Of a stretch of DNA of 64,000 bases, positions 54,802 to 64,000 are shown in pieces (positions within the stretch are counted from its first letter, which is position 1; each line of letters begins with the position of its first letter). A model generated the notes under the pieces. The model searched no databases and was not told the origin of the DNA. It was given only the letters and a program-made list of their open reading frames with translations. Origin of the DNA: Deltaproteobacteria bacterium HGW-Deltaproteobacteria-14 (lineage in GTDB: Bacteria > Myxococcota_A > UBA9042 > PHBI01). Where the stretch lies: positions 11,972 through 75,971 of the forward strand of contig PHBI01000002.1 of the NCBI GenBank assembly GCA_002841945.1, written 5' to 3'. The translations under genes and the position numbers were made by a program.

Positions 54802-55908
54802 CTAGAGGTCCGAGACCTGGACGTAGACCTTCACGGCCCGCTTCTCCTCGGTCAGGAGGCGGATCATCTCGGCGTGCCGCTCGAGCCCGTCGACGCGGTG
54901 GGTCAAGAGCCGTTTGAGCCAGCCGGGCCACAGCGCCTCGGCCATGACGAGGTCCTGGACCCCGCGCTCGAAGTCCTGCCGGGCGGCGTTGACGCTGCCG
55001 ACGACCACCTTGTTGCCGAGCACGAACCCCTGCAGGATGTGGTCGGCGTGGACCGCGTCGGCTTGGTGATCGCCGCCGGCGATGCCGGTCAGGACCAGCA
55101 CGCCGTTGTTGCCGAGGCGCTCCATGGCCTCGAAGACGAGGGGGCTGTAGCCGGTCGCCTCGACGATCAGGTCGACGTTGCCCAGCGCCGCCGCGGTGGC
55201 CTTCAGGCTCGCGTCCCGGGCGCTGACGTAGCGCGCACCGAGCGCCTCGGCCAAGGCGCCGTTGAGGTTCGGCAGCCGCTCGCGCGCGAAGGTCACGACC
55301 TCGAGGCCGCGCGCGCGCAGCGCCATGGTCGCGAGCAGGCCGAGGGGCCCCGCCCCGAGCACGATGGCGCGCTGCGGGCGCCACACCCCGAGCCGCCGCT
55401 GGATCTCGTAGGCCTGCCGGATCGCCTTCTCGGCGACGGACGTCGGCTCGAGCAGCACGCCGAGCAGGCCGAGCGAGCGCGGGACCTTCACCGCGAAGTC
55501 GGCGTGGTCGACGACGCGCTCTGTCAAATAGCCGTGGCGCAGCGAGATGCCGCGCTCGAAGTAGACCGCGTCGGTGGTCATGTCCTGGTAGCCGATCTGG
55601 TCGTAGACCGACGTGCCCGGCCGGCGCACGCTGAAGACGACCAGATCGCCCGGGGCGACGTGGTGCACGCGGGGGCCGACCGCCTCGACGACGCCGAGGC
55701 TCTCGTGGCCGAGCACGAGGAAGTCCGAGCCCGGCGGGGCGGCGCCGTACTCGGCGGCGTTGATCTCGCGGTCGGTCGCGTCGACGCCGACCGCGACGAC
55801 GCGCGCGAGGACGCCGTGGCCGTCGGCGACGTCGGCGAGGGAGGGCGGCGGCAGCTCGGCGAGGTGGATGCTCCCGGCGACGCCGGGGTGGACTGCGATG
55901 GCTTTCAT
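54802..55908 (-). CDS. zinc-dependent medium-chain dehydrogenase (glucose/alcohol dehydrogenase-like)
   Basis: GroES-like N-terminus (GHESLGVV) and Rossmann fold (VLGAGPLGL). Confidence 0.7.
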   Translation of the reverse strand: MKAIAVHPGVAGSIHLAELPPPSLADVADGHGVLARVVAVGVDATDREINAAEYGAAPPGSDFLVLGHESLGVVEAVGPRVHHVAPGDLVVFSVRRPGTSVYDQIGYQDMTTDAVYFERGISLRHGYLTERVVDHADFAVKVPRSLGLLGVLLEPTSVAEKAIRQAYEIQRRLGVWRPQRAIVLGAGPLGLLATMALRARGLEVVTFARERLPNLNGALAEALGARYVSARDASLKATAAALGNVDLIVEATGYSPLVFEAMERLGNNGVLVLTGIAGGDHQADAVHADHILQGFVLGNKVVVGSVNAARQDFERGVQDLVMAEALWPGWLKRLLTHRVDGLERHAEMIRLLTEEKRAVKVYVQVSDL

Positions 55909-58658
55909 GAGGGCTCACCTTGGGTCGAAACGGGCGCGGCCGCCTCGGCGAGCAGCGTCGCGACGAGGCCGGTCCAGCCGGTCTGGTGCGAGGCGCCGAC
56001 GCCGCGGCCGCTGTCGCCGTGGAAGTACTCGTAGAAGAGGACGTGGTCGCGGAAGTGCGGGTCGCTCTGGAGCAGCGGGTCGTCCCCGAGGGCGGCCCGG
56101 CGGCCGTCGGCGTCGCGCAGGAAGAGCCGGCACAGGCGCGCGGACAGCGCGGCGGCGATCTCGGCGAGGCTCAGGCGGGTGCCGGAGCCGGTCGGGAACT
56201 CCACGCGGAAGTCGTCGCCGTAGTAGGTGTGGAACTTCCGCAGCGACTCGACGAGCAGGTAGTTGACCGGCATCCAGATCGGGCCGCGCCAGTTCGAGTT
56301 GCCGCCGAACAGGCCGCTGTCCGACTCGCCCGGCTGGTAGCTGACGCTGTGGCTCACGCCGCCGACGTCGAAGCGGTAGGGGTGCTCGGCGTGGTGCTTG
56401 GAGAGCCCGCGCACGCCGTAGTCGGAGAGGAACTCGGCCTCGTCGAGCATGCGGCGCAAGAGCAGCTTCATGCGATGCCCGCGCAGCAGCGAGAGCAGGT
56501 GTCGGCTGCCTTGGCCCGGGACCTCCCAGCGCGACGTCAGCGCCGCGAGCTCGGGGCGGTGCTCGAGAAACCAGTGCATGCGGTCGCGGAAGCCCGGGAC
56601 GCGGTCGAGCAGCTCGGGGCCGATGGTCTCGACGGCCAGGAGCGGGAGCAGCCCCACCAGCGAGCGGATCCTCAGGGGCACCGTCTCGCAGCGCTGCGCC
56701 GCCGGGTCGTCGTAGTGGAGGACGTCGTAGTAGAAGCCGTCCCGCTCGTCCCAGAGGTCAATGCCGTGACCGCCGACGTTCTTCATCGCACCTGCGATAT
56801 AGAGAAAGTGCTCGAAAAACTTGGTCGCGATGTCCTCATAGACGGGGCGATGCTGCGCTAGCTCGAGCGAGATCCGCAGCAGGTTCAGCGCGTACATCGC
56901 CATCCACGAGGTGCCGTCGGCCTGCTCGATGTGGCCGGCGACCGGCAGCGGCGCGCTGCGGTCGAAGACGCCGATGTTGTCGAGGCCGAGGAACCCGCCC
57001 TGGAAGAGGTTCAGGCCGTGGGCGTCCTTGCGGTTGACCCACCAGGTGAAGTTGAGCAGCAGCTTGTGGAGGACCCGCTCGAGGAAGTCGAGGTCGCCGG
57101 CGTCCCCGCGCTGGGCGCGGTCGATCTCGAAGACGCGCCAGGTCGCCCAGGCGTGGACCGGCGGGTTGACGTCGCCAAAGGCCCACTCGTAGGCCGGGAG
57201 CTGGCCGTTGGGGTGCATGTACCACTCGCGCGTGAGCAGCAGCAGCTGGTCTTTGGCGAAGTCGGCGTCGACCTGGGCGAGCGGGAGGCAGTGAAACGCG
57301 AGGTCCCACGCCGCGTACCAGGGGTACTCCCAGGTGTCCGGCATCGAGATGATGTCGGCGTTGTTGAGGTGGCCCCAGCCGTGGTTGCGGCCTTGTTTAC
57401 GCCCCTCGGGGGGCGCGGGCTGGCCGGGGTCGCCGTCGAGCCAGCGCGGGACGTCGAAGTAGTAGTACTGCTTGCTCCACAGCATGCCCGCGAGGGCCTG
57501 CCGCTGAACGCGCCGCTCGTCCGGGTCACGCACGCCGCCATGGACCGCGTCCCAGTAGCCCTCCGCCTCGGCCTCGCGGCGGGCGAAGGTCGCGTCGAAG
57601 TCGGCGAAGGCCCCGGCGCGCCCGGGCCGGGTGAGGCGCACGCGGAGCTCGACCTCGCCGCCAGCGGGCACGACGCGGCGCCAGATGGCGCCGACCTTGG
57701 TCCCGACCTGCGCCGGGTTCACGGCGCCCTCGTCACCGTCGACGATCAAGGCGTGGAGGCCGTCCTTGAAGAAGCCCGCGCCGTCCTGTTCCGTCGCGCC
57801 GTACAGGCGCCGGTGGTGGGTGTCGTTGTCGCAGAAGGCGAGGCGATCGGGCGCGTCGGCGGCGAGCTCGAAGGCTCCGAGCGTCGGGTGGGTGAGCGCG
57901 ACGCGGCCGGCGTCGACCGCGCGCATGCTCGGCCGCTCGGCCCCGTCGCCCCCGTCACCCCACGACCAGGTGTTGCGAAACCACGCCTGGGGCACGACCA
58001 CGACCGGCGCGTCGTCGGGGCCGCGGTTGCAGACGCGAACGCGCATCAGGACGTCCTCGGGGCCGCCCTTGGCGTACTCGATGAAGACGTCGAAGTAGCG
58101 GCCGTCGGCGAAGGCCCCGGTGTCGACGAGCTCGAGCTCCGGATCGGCCTTGCCGCGCGCGCGGTTGCCTGCGACGAGCTGTTCGTACGGGTAGGCCGCC
58201 TGCGGGTACTTGTAGAGCATCCGCATCCAGGCGTGCGAGGGGGTGGCGTCGAGGAAGTAGTAGAGCTCCTTGACGTCCTCGCCGTGGTTGCCCTCCGGGC
58301 CGGTGAGGCCGAAGAGGCGCTCCTTCAGAATCGGGTCGCGGGTGTTCCAGAGGGCCACCCCCAGGCACAGGCGCTGCTGGGCGTCGCTGAAGCCGCCGAG
58401 CCCATCTTCACCCCAGCGGTAGGCGCGGCTGCGGGCGTGGTCGTGGGGGAAGTAGTCCCAGGCGGTGCCGTCGGGGCTGTAGTCCTCGCGCACCGTGCCC
58501 CACTGCCGCTCGCTGAGGTAGGGACCGAACAGGCGCCAGGCGTCGCTGCCGGCCCGCGTCTGGTCCATGCGCGTCCGCTCGGCGGTCGCCACGCCAGCGG
58601 CGCTAGGGTCGCCCGGAGCGTGGTCGGGATCGTTCGGGGCGAGCTCGGGTGCGGGCAT
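55905..58658 (-). CDS. large glycoside hydrolase, GH63/MGH-like (alpha/alpha)6-barrel glucosidase family (917 aa)
   Basis: C-terminal half resembles GH63-type catalytic barrels (..[26 protein letters not shown]..). Assignment is to family level only. Confidence 0.5.
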   Translation of the reverse strand: MPAPELAPNDPDHAPGDPSAAGVATAERTRMDQTRAGSDAWRLFGPYLSERQWGTVREDYSPDGTAWDYFPHDHARSRAYRWGEDGLGGFSDAQQRLCLGVALWNTRDPILKERLFGLTGPEGNHGEDVKELYYFLDATPSHAWMRMLYKYPQAAYPYEQLVAGNRARGKADPELELVDTGAFADGRYFDVFIEYAKGGPEDVLMRVRVCNRGPDDAPVVVVPQAWFRNTWSWGDGGDGAERPSMRAVDAGRVALTHPTLGAFELAADAPDRLAFCDNDTHHRRLYGATEQDGAGFFKDGLHALIVDGDEGAVNPAQVGTKVGAIWRRVVPAGGEVELRVRLTRPGRAGAFADFDATFARREAEAEGYWDAVHGGVRDPDERRVQRQALAGMLWSKQYYYFDVPRWLDGDPGQPAPPEGRKQGRNHGWGHLNNADIISMPDTWEYPWYAAWDLAFHCLPLAQVDADFAKDQLLLLTREWYMHPNGQLPAYEWAFGDVNPPVHAWATWRVFEIDRAQRGDAGDLDFLERVLHKLLLNFTWWVNRKDAHGLNLFQGGFLGLDNIGVFDRSAPLPVAGHIEQADGTSWMAMYALNLLRISLELAQHRPVYEDIATKFFEHFLYIAGAMKNVGGHGIDLWDERDGFYYDVLHYDDPAAQRCETVPLRIRSLVGLLPLLAVETIGPELLDRVPGFRDRMHWFLEHRPELAALTSRWEVPGQGSRHLLSLLRGHRMKLLLRRMLDEAEFLSDYGVRGLSKHHAEHPYRFDVGGVSHSVSYQPGESDSGLFGGNSNWRGPIWMPVNYLLVESLRKFHTYYGDDFRVEFPTGSGTRLSLAEIAAALSARLCRLFLRDADGRRAALGDDPLLQSDPHFRDHVLFYEYFHGDSGRGVGASHQTGWTGLVATLLAEAAAPVSTQGEPS

Positions 58659-59015
58659 GGGGCGCCTCCGTGACAGCGGTGGGGACGGTCCGGGGCGCTG
58701 CGACCGAGCGCGTGGACATGAACCTGTGTCTTCGTCCCGGCCGAATTGTTACACGCGTCGGTCCGATTGCGCCGACCAGGCCCCCCTCCGACGTCGGTTC
58801 ACGAACGGCCCCGTGGTCCCTACCCGAGCCCGTATTTCTCACCATCTTCCGGCTGCGAGCGGCGGATACCCGGGAGCTGCGCCCCCGCGCCCCGCCACGG
58901 TGGCGTTCTCCCGCCGCCGGCTTGCGGAGTACGCTCGGCACACCTCAGCCGGCTCTGGTCCGAGCACGCCGATATCACCTACGTCTCCTTGCTCTCGCTC
59001 GAAATCTGGTAAGAA

Positions 59016-61772
59016 ATGCGGGCTAGCCGCTTAACCAGGTCGGGAGGGGTATTGACCGCACTGCCGGACATCCGCGCGAGCGAGCGCCGCAACGTGATCG
59101 GCGCCTTCCTCACCCTCTTCGGGGTGCTCGCCGCGCACGTCGTCACCGAGACCGCGCGCGACGCCCTCTTCCTGAGCCGCCTCCCCGCTCAGCAGCTCCC
59201 GTGGGTCTACCTCGCCATCGCGGTCATCGCTGCGCTCGTGGCCCGCCCGCGCGCCGGCGCCCGCGAGGTCGGCCAGGGCGCCCTCGGGAGCTGGCTGCTC
59301 GCGAGCTCCGCCATCACCGTCGGCTTCTGGTTGCTCGCCGCCCCGGACCGCCCCTGGGCCCTGTACCTCCTCTACGCCTGGAGCGGCGTCTTCGGGACGC
59401 TCACCCTCACGTGGTTCTGGCTCCTCCTCGGCGAGCTCTTCACCGTCACCGAGGCGAAGCGCCTCTACGGCGCCATCGGGGCCGGCGCCGTCGTCGGCGC
59501 CGTGGCCGGCGCCGGCCTCGCGAGCCTCCTCGCCCGCGCGTTCCCGGCCGAGCACCTGCTCCTCGCCTCGGCCAGCCTGCTCGCGGTCACCGCCGCCGCC
59601 CCCGCCCTCATCCTCCGCCGCCCGACCGACGCCCCTCCCCGCCGACCGCCGGCTACCGTGCCCGAGGTGCGTCTGTGCGCCCGCACCGTGATCAGGACCC
59701 GCTACATCCGCCGCCTCGCTGGCCTCGTCATCATCTCGACCCTCACGCTGAGCATCGTCGACTACGTCTTCAAGGTCACGGTCGCCGCGGAGGTGCCGCC
59801 CGACGAGCTCGGCGCCTGGTTCGCCACCTTCTACCTCGCCCTCAACGCCCTCGCCCTCGTCGCCCAGGTGCTCGTCACCGGCGCCGTCATGCGCCACCTC
59901 GGCGTCCACCGCGCCCTGCTCTTCCTGCCGCTGCTGCTCCTCGGCGGCGCCGCCGCGGTCTTCATCGTCGGCGGCCTCGTCGGCGCGCTGATCCTGAAGG
60001 GGGCCGACGGGAGCCTCCGTCACTCCCTGCACCGGACCTCGACCGAGCTGCTCTTCCTGCCCATCCCGGAGCGCCTGCGCCGCCACTCCAAGGCCTTCAT
60101 CGACGTCCTCCTCCAGCGCAGCGCCCAGGCCGTCGCCTCGCTGGCCATCTTGCTCGCGGTGGCGGCCGGCGCCAGCACGACCGCCCTGGTCGCGGTCACC
60201 GCAGCCCTCGCCGGGATCTGGCTCGTGGCCGCCGTCTCGCTGCGCCCGCACTACCTCGAGATGTTCCGCGTCAGCCTGCGCCAGGGCAGCATCGACACCA
60301 GCCGGGAGCTGCCCGAGCTCGACATCAGCTCCCTCGAGGCCCTCATGCGCGCCCTCAACCACGACGACGCCGAGGTCATCGCCGCGATGGAGATCCTCGC
60401 CCGCGAAGGCCGCACCGACCTCATCCCCGCGCTCATCCTCCACCACCCCGCCGAGGAGGTCGTGCTGCGCGCCCTCGATCTCTTCGCGAAGGCCGGCCGC
60501 GGTGACTTCGTCCCGGTCGCCGACCGGCTGCTCGCGAGCGACCCGCGGCCCCGGATCCGCGCCGCCGCCATGCGCGCGCGGCACGCCGTCGCGCCCGATC
60601 CGACCCGCCTCCGCGCCTACACCGACGACCGCGACGCCCTCGTGCGCACGACCGCGTGCGCGTCGCTGCTGTCGACCGCCACCCTCGACGGCGCGGAGGC
60701 GCGCATGGCCCTCGACGCCTGCCGGCGGGGCGCGACCGTGGACGAGCACGTCGCGGTCCTCAGCGCCATCGCCCTGCAGCCGCTGCGCGCCTTCGAGGCC
60801 GTCGTGCTCGACCTCGGCGCGCACCCGGAGCGCGCCGTGCAGCTCGCGGCGGCCGACGCGATGGGAGCGGTGGACTCCCCGACCATGCTGCCGGCGCTCG
60901 TGGCCATGCTCGGCGAGCGCGCGCTGCGGCTCCGGGCGCGCGACGCCTTGCTGCGCCATGGCGACGACGCCCTCGCGCACCTCCGCGCCGCCCTCGCCGA
61001 CCTCACCCTGCCAGACGCCGTGCGCGTGCACATCCCCCGGACCATCAGCCGCTTCGGCGGTCAGGCCGCGGTCGACATCCTGACCGCTCGGCTCCGCGAC
61101 GAGCCCACCGAGATCGTGCGCTTCAAGATCCTCCGCGGCCTCGGGCGACTCGTCACCGACGGCGCCCAGCTCAGCGTCGACCGCGCCACCCTCCGCGCCG
61201 CCCTCGATCGCGATCTCGCCGCCGCCTTCACGCTCCTGCACCAGCAGCGCGTGCTCGCGGACGGCCTCGCCGAGGATCCGGCCCGCGCGACGAGCGGCCA
61301 CGAGCTGCTCTCGACCCTGGTGCGCGACAAGCTCGTCCACGCCACCGAGCGCGTCTTCCGGCTGTTCGGTTTGCTGCATCGCAGCGAGGACTTTCAGACG
61401 CTCTACCGCAGCGCCATCGGCGCGTCGCGGGCGCGACGCGCCAACGCGTTCGAGCTGCTCGAGCACGTCGTCGACGCCGACGTCCGCGAACCGCTGCTCG
61501 CCCTGGTGTCCGACGCCCCGCTCGACGTGCGCCTCGCCGCGGGCGGGCCCCTCCTCGGCGCCGTGCCAGAGGGCTACGAGGCGCTGCTCGCCTCGCTCGC
61601 CGCGGGATCGAGCGCGACCCTCGCCGCCCTCGCGGCCTACCACCGCCGCGAGCTCGGTCTCGCCGCTGCCCCGCTGGCGCCCGCTCCCTGGCGCGCCCCG
61701 CGAACGGCGGCGCGAGACGGTGGCGGCGTGCTCGCCTCGCTCTTGGGGCAGGAGCCGGCCCATGTCCGATAG
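59016..61772 (+). CDS. fusion protein: N-terminal ~430-aa polytopic membrane transporter-like domain (MFS/TLC-like) + C-terminal HEAT-repeat domain
   Basis: About 12 hydrophobic segments, then repeated ...AAxALGxIG.. / HEAT-like helical repeats (DAEVIAAMEILAREGRTDLIPALILHHPAEEVVLRALDLFAK). Confidence 0.55.
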   Translation: MRASRLTRSGGVLTALPDIRASERRNVIGAFLTLFGVLAAHVVTETARDALFLSRLPAQQLPWVYLAIAVIAALVARPRAGAREVGQGALGSWLLASSAITVGFWLLAAPDRPWALYLLYAWSGVFGTLTLTWFWLLLGELFTVTEAKRLYGAIGAGAVVGAVAGAGLASLLARAFPAEHLLLASASLLAVTAAAPALILRRPTDAPPRRPPATVPEVRLCARTVIRTRYIRRLAGLVIISTLTLSIVDYVFKVTVAAEVPPDELGAWFATFYLALNALALVAQVLVTGAVMRHLGVHRALLFLPLLLLGGAAAVFIVGGLVGALILKGADGSLRHSLHRTSTELLFLPIPERLRRHSKAFIDVLLQRSAQAVASLAILLAVAAGASTTALVAVTAALAGIWLVAAVSLRPHYLEMFRVSLRQGSIDTSRELPELDISSLEALMRALNHDDAEVIAAMEILAREGRTDLIPALILHHPAEEVVLRALDLFAKAGRGDFVPVADRLLASDPRPRIRAAAMRARHAVAPDPTRLRAYTDDRDALVRTTACASLLSTATLDGAEARMALDACRRGATVDEHVAVLSAIALQPLRAFEAVVLDLGAHPERAVQLAAADAMGAVDSPTMLPALVAMLGERALRLRARDALLRHGDDALAHLRAALADLTLPDAVRVHIPRTISRFGGQAAVDILTARLRDEPTEIVRFKILRGLGRLVTDGAQLSVDRATLRAALDRDLAAAFTLLHQQRVLADGLAEDPARATSGHELLSTLVRDKLVHATERVFRLFGLLHRSEDFQTLYRSAIGASRARRANAFELLEHVVDADVREPLLALVSDAPLDVRLAAGGPLLGAVPEGYEALLASLAAGSSATLAALAAYHRRELGLAAAPLAPAPWRAPRTAARDGGGVLASLLGQEPAHVR

Positions 61773-62712
61773 GGCGCTCGTCACGTCGCTGGAGCGGCTC
61801 CTCGCGCTGCGGCGCAGCGAGCTCTTTCGCGACCTCCCGACCCGCGACCTCGAGGTCCTCGCCGGGCTCCTGCGCGAGGCGGTGTTCCGCGCCGGGGAGG
61901 TGATTCAGCCCGCCGATCAGCCGGCCACGACGCTCCACCTCATCGTCGAGGGCGCGATCGAGCTCGTCCGTGACGAGGTCGTGCGGCGGCGCGTCGAGGC
62001 GCCCTTCGCCCTGGGTTCCCTCGCCGTGTTCGCCGGCCGCGACGGCGGCACACGCGCGACGGCGCTGACGGAGGTCGTCGCCCTGCGGATCCCGGCCGAC
62101 GTCATCGCCGAGGTCGTCGAGGACCACTTCAACGTCCTCGACCAGCTCCTCCGCGCCACCGCGCGGCAGCTCATCAGCGAGGTGCGGCTCCTCACCGGCG
62201 ACCGCGTCGTGCCCGGCCCAGCCGACCGGCCGCCGTGCCGCGTCTTCGAGCGGCCCCTCGATCTCGTCGAGCGGCTCATCTTCCTCCGGCGCATGCCGAT
62301 GTTCGCGCCGGCGAGCCTCGACTCCGTGGCGGAGATCTCGACTCACTTCAGAGAGCTGAGATATCCGGCCGGCCACGAGCTGTGGCGTGAGGGGGAGCGC
62401 CCCGTCGACATCCTCTGCCTCGTCCACGGCGCCGTGCGCGGCACGACGGCGGCCCACCCGGGAGTCGTGCTGTACCGTGATTACGCGATGTTGGGCGCGC
62501 TCTCGGTCCTGGGCCAGGCGCCACACTATCAGCGCTGCGTGACAGACACCCCGGTCGTGGTGCTCGCTGTCGCGGGCGGCCAGATCCTCGACGCCCTCGA
62601 GGACAACTTCGAGATGGCCATGGTCCTGCTCGGTGGCCTCGCCCGCGAGACCTTCGACGTCGAGCGGCGGCTGCACGAGCAGCGGGCGCTTCAGTCCGAC
62701 GCCCAGCCCTAG
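61762..62712 (+). CDS. cyclic-nucleotide-binding (cNMP/CAP-like) domain protein, two cNMP domains
   Basis: Two blocks with the FGE/A-like ...GE..GL.A...R.AT..A pattern. Start overlaps the upstream gene end by 11 nt. Confidence 0.55.
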   Translation: MSDRALVTSLERLLALRRSELFRDLPTRDLEVLAGLLREAVFRAGEVIQPADQPATTLHLIVEGAIELVRDEVVRRRVEAPFALGSLAVFAGRDGGTRATALTEVVALRIPADVIAEVVEDHFNVLDQLLRATARQLISEVRLLTGDRVVPGPADRPPCRVFERPLDLVERLIFLRRMPMFAPASLDSVAEISTHFRELRYPAGHELWREGERPVDILCLVHGAVRGTTAAHPGVVLYRDYAMLGALSVLGQAPHYQRCVTDTPVVVLAVAGGQILDALEDNFEMAMVLLGGLARETFDVERRLHEQRALQSDAQP

Positions 62713-62758
62713 CGGATCCCGACGAGGAAGGCGTCCGCGCCGCGGTGGCCGAGGCGAC

Positions 62759-64000
62759 TCAGCGGTCGGGCGGGTCGTCGGGCGCAGGGGACTCCGGGCG
62801 CTCGAGCCCAACGATGCGGAGCTCCGCCGCACCGTGCTGATAGAGGTGGACCCGCACCGGGGGGCCAGGGCGGAGCGCGTTGGCGTGTACGTCGACGATG
62901 AGATAGCGGGGGCCGTCGCCCGCGACCTCGGGGAGCGTGACGCAGACGGTCGCCGCGGCGGGCGTTCGCGGCGAGAGCGTCACCGGCGCCCGCTGGTCCG
63001 CGACCCAGGCGCGGCCGCTGTAGCTCCGCGCCTCGGTAGCCACCGTGGCGGACGCGACGGCCAGGTCGGTCAGGCACAGCTCCCCGCCCACGACGCGCGG
63101 GTCTGCGAGCGGCGACAGCGCGGTGAGGAAGCGGTCGAGGATCTTCTTGCGCCGGCCCAGGAGCGCGGTGCGCAGCTGCTCGCGGACGGTGTCGTCGTGG
63201 AGCTTGCCGGTCTCGATCAGCGCGTCGATCCGGGTGACGCTGAAGCGCGCGATGATGCGCGCCATCCACGCGGCGTCCCGCTCGGTCATCCGGCTGAAGG
63301 CGGGGTTCGGGTACTCGTTGAACCAGGCGTCGGGGTCGAAGCGCTCGACGTCGTAGTAGCCGAGGACGTCGCCGCCGGGCCCGAACTCCGTGTCGTCCCA
63401 GGGGCGCACGAGGGCCCCGAAGGTGAAGAGGTCGGCGAGGATGTGTTGGGGGTAGAAGAAGTAGCTGTGCCCCCAGCGCCGCGACAGGCTGTCCCACTGC
63501 CAGAGCGAGCCGAAGCAGTCGCCGAAGTCGATGTAGTGGTGCCTGACGAAGCCCCGGCCCTGCGCGGTGGCGATCCACATGTCGAGGGTGTTCTGCTCGC
63601 GCGAGTCGAAGTGGTTCACCCAGGCGGCGAGCACCGCGGCGCCTCGCAGCTCGCGCCGGTCCTCGTGGGCGATGACGTCGTTGCGGTCGTCGTCACGAGT
63701 GGACTCGTAGCGCCAGGGGCCCAGCGGCGTGCCGCTGAGGTAGAGGCTGGCGTTGCCGCGGTAGCGGCCGTCGGAGAGCCTCATCGCGCGGTCGAACGCG
63801 GCCGAGACCATCGCCTCGGTCAGCGGCTCCTTGGTGCCGTCGGACCGCTCGGAGGTCGCACCCGGCTCGATGGTCAGGATCGCGCGGTCGAACTCGACGA
63901 TGCGGTTGCAGGGCACGTGATAGCCGGCGACCCAGTAGATGCGCGACACGACGGCGTCCGCGGCGGTGGCGCGCGGCTGCTGCTCCGCGCCGTCGAACTT
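62759..64000 (-). CDS. hypothetical protein, partial (extends beyond the window end)
   Basis: Long minus-strand ORF with natural-looking composition. No motif recognised. Confidence 0.4.
   Translation of the reverse strand, partial: KFDGAEQQPRATAADAVVSRIYWVAGYHVPCNRIVEFDRAILTIEPGATSERSDGTKEPLTEAMVSAAFDRAMRLSDGRYRGNASLYLSGTPLGPWRYESTRDDDRNDVIAHEDRRELRGAAVLAAWVNHFDSREQNTLDMWIATAQGRGFVRHHYIDFGDCFGSLWQWDSLSRRWGHSYFFYPQHILADLFTFGALVRPWDDTEFGPGGDVLGYYDVERFDPDAWFNEYPNPAFSRMTERDAAWMARIIARFSVTRIDALIETGKLHDDTVREQLRTALLGRRKKILDRFLTALSPLADPRVVGGELCLTDLAVASATVATEARSYSGRAWVADQRAPVTLSPRTPAAATVCVTLPEVAGDGPRYLIVDVHANALRPGPPVRVHLYQHGAAELRIVGLERPESPAPDDPPDR

Overview
This 64-kb window is high-GC (roughly 70 % by eye). 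The Ser/Thr kinase, ECF sigma/anti-sigma pair, HEAT-repeat fusion and cNMP-binding proteins in the right-hand part suggest a Myxococcota-like genome, but that is inference only. The left ~44.7 kb is a dense mosaic of phage-defence and toxin genes. The right ~19 kb is ordinary chromosomal content: sigma/anti-sigma, kinase, a sugar-metabolism and aquaporin operon, a transporter-HEAT fusion and a cNMP-binding protein.

In the island, left to right:
(1) A minus-strand operon that runs off the window start, 10221->1: SNF2-family helicase, then a 1788-aa STAND/AAA_16-type NTPase with a ~1000-aa N-terminal extension, then a 417-aa protein with a C-terminal HEPN-like R-x4-HG motif, then a 4th translationally coupled gene that continues beyond position 1. 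I cannot place this combination in any described defence system, and it is my best candidate for a novel system.
(2) A minus-strand helicase cluster, 17453->10599. It holds a 1203-aa protein with two SF1 helicase cores in tandem (Upf1-like then UvrD-like) plus two C-terminal C2H2-like zinc fingers; a 694-aa UvrD-like helicase with a RelE/ParE-like N-terminal domain; and three small ORFs, two of which share a conserved C-terminal motif (YxYWLxxPxAxK...I.A.L).
(3) A complete type I Zorya system, zorABCD, 18035-26181. ZorA has a MotA/ExbB-type channel signature and a very long tail built from 11-residue and 99-bp repeats. ZorB is MotB-like. ZorD is SNF2-like.
(4) A GmrSD-like DUF262/DUF1524 type IV restriction enzyme.
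(5) A tRNA/tmRNA 3'-end-like fragment (T-arm plus acceptor 3' strand), which reads as an att-site remnant.
(6) hicB-hicA, then a class-II Fic protein (HPYLDGNGR motif plus an S-x-x-x-E-G inhibitory motif), then a ~100-bp duplicated fragment of hicB.
(7) A complete type I R-M operon, hsdR-hsdM-hsdS, with a 21-bp x7 tandem-repeat array in the hsdR upstream region.
(8) A 2028-aa giant protein: transglutaminase-like core, DUF4011-like motif, Upf1-like SF1B helicase, and a Vsr/DUF559-like endonuclease C-terminus.

No CRISPR array, rRNA, intact tRNA, integrase or transposase was recognised. Many long ORFs in the six-frame track are antisense shadows of real genes, as expected at this GC content, and were rejected.
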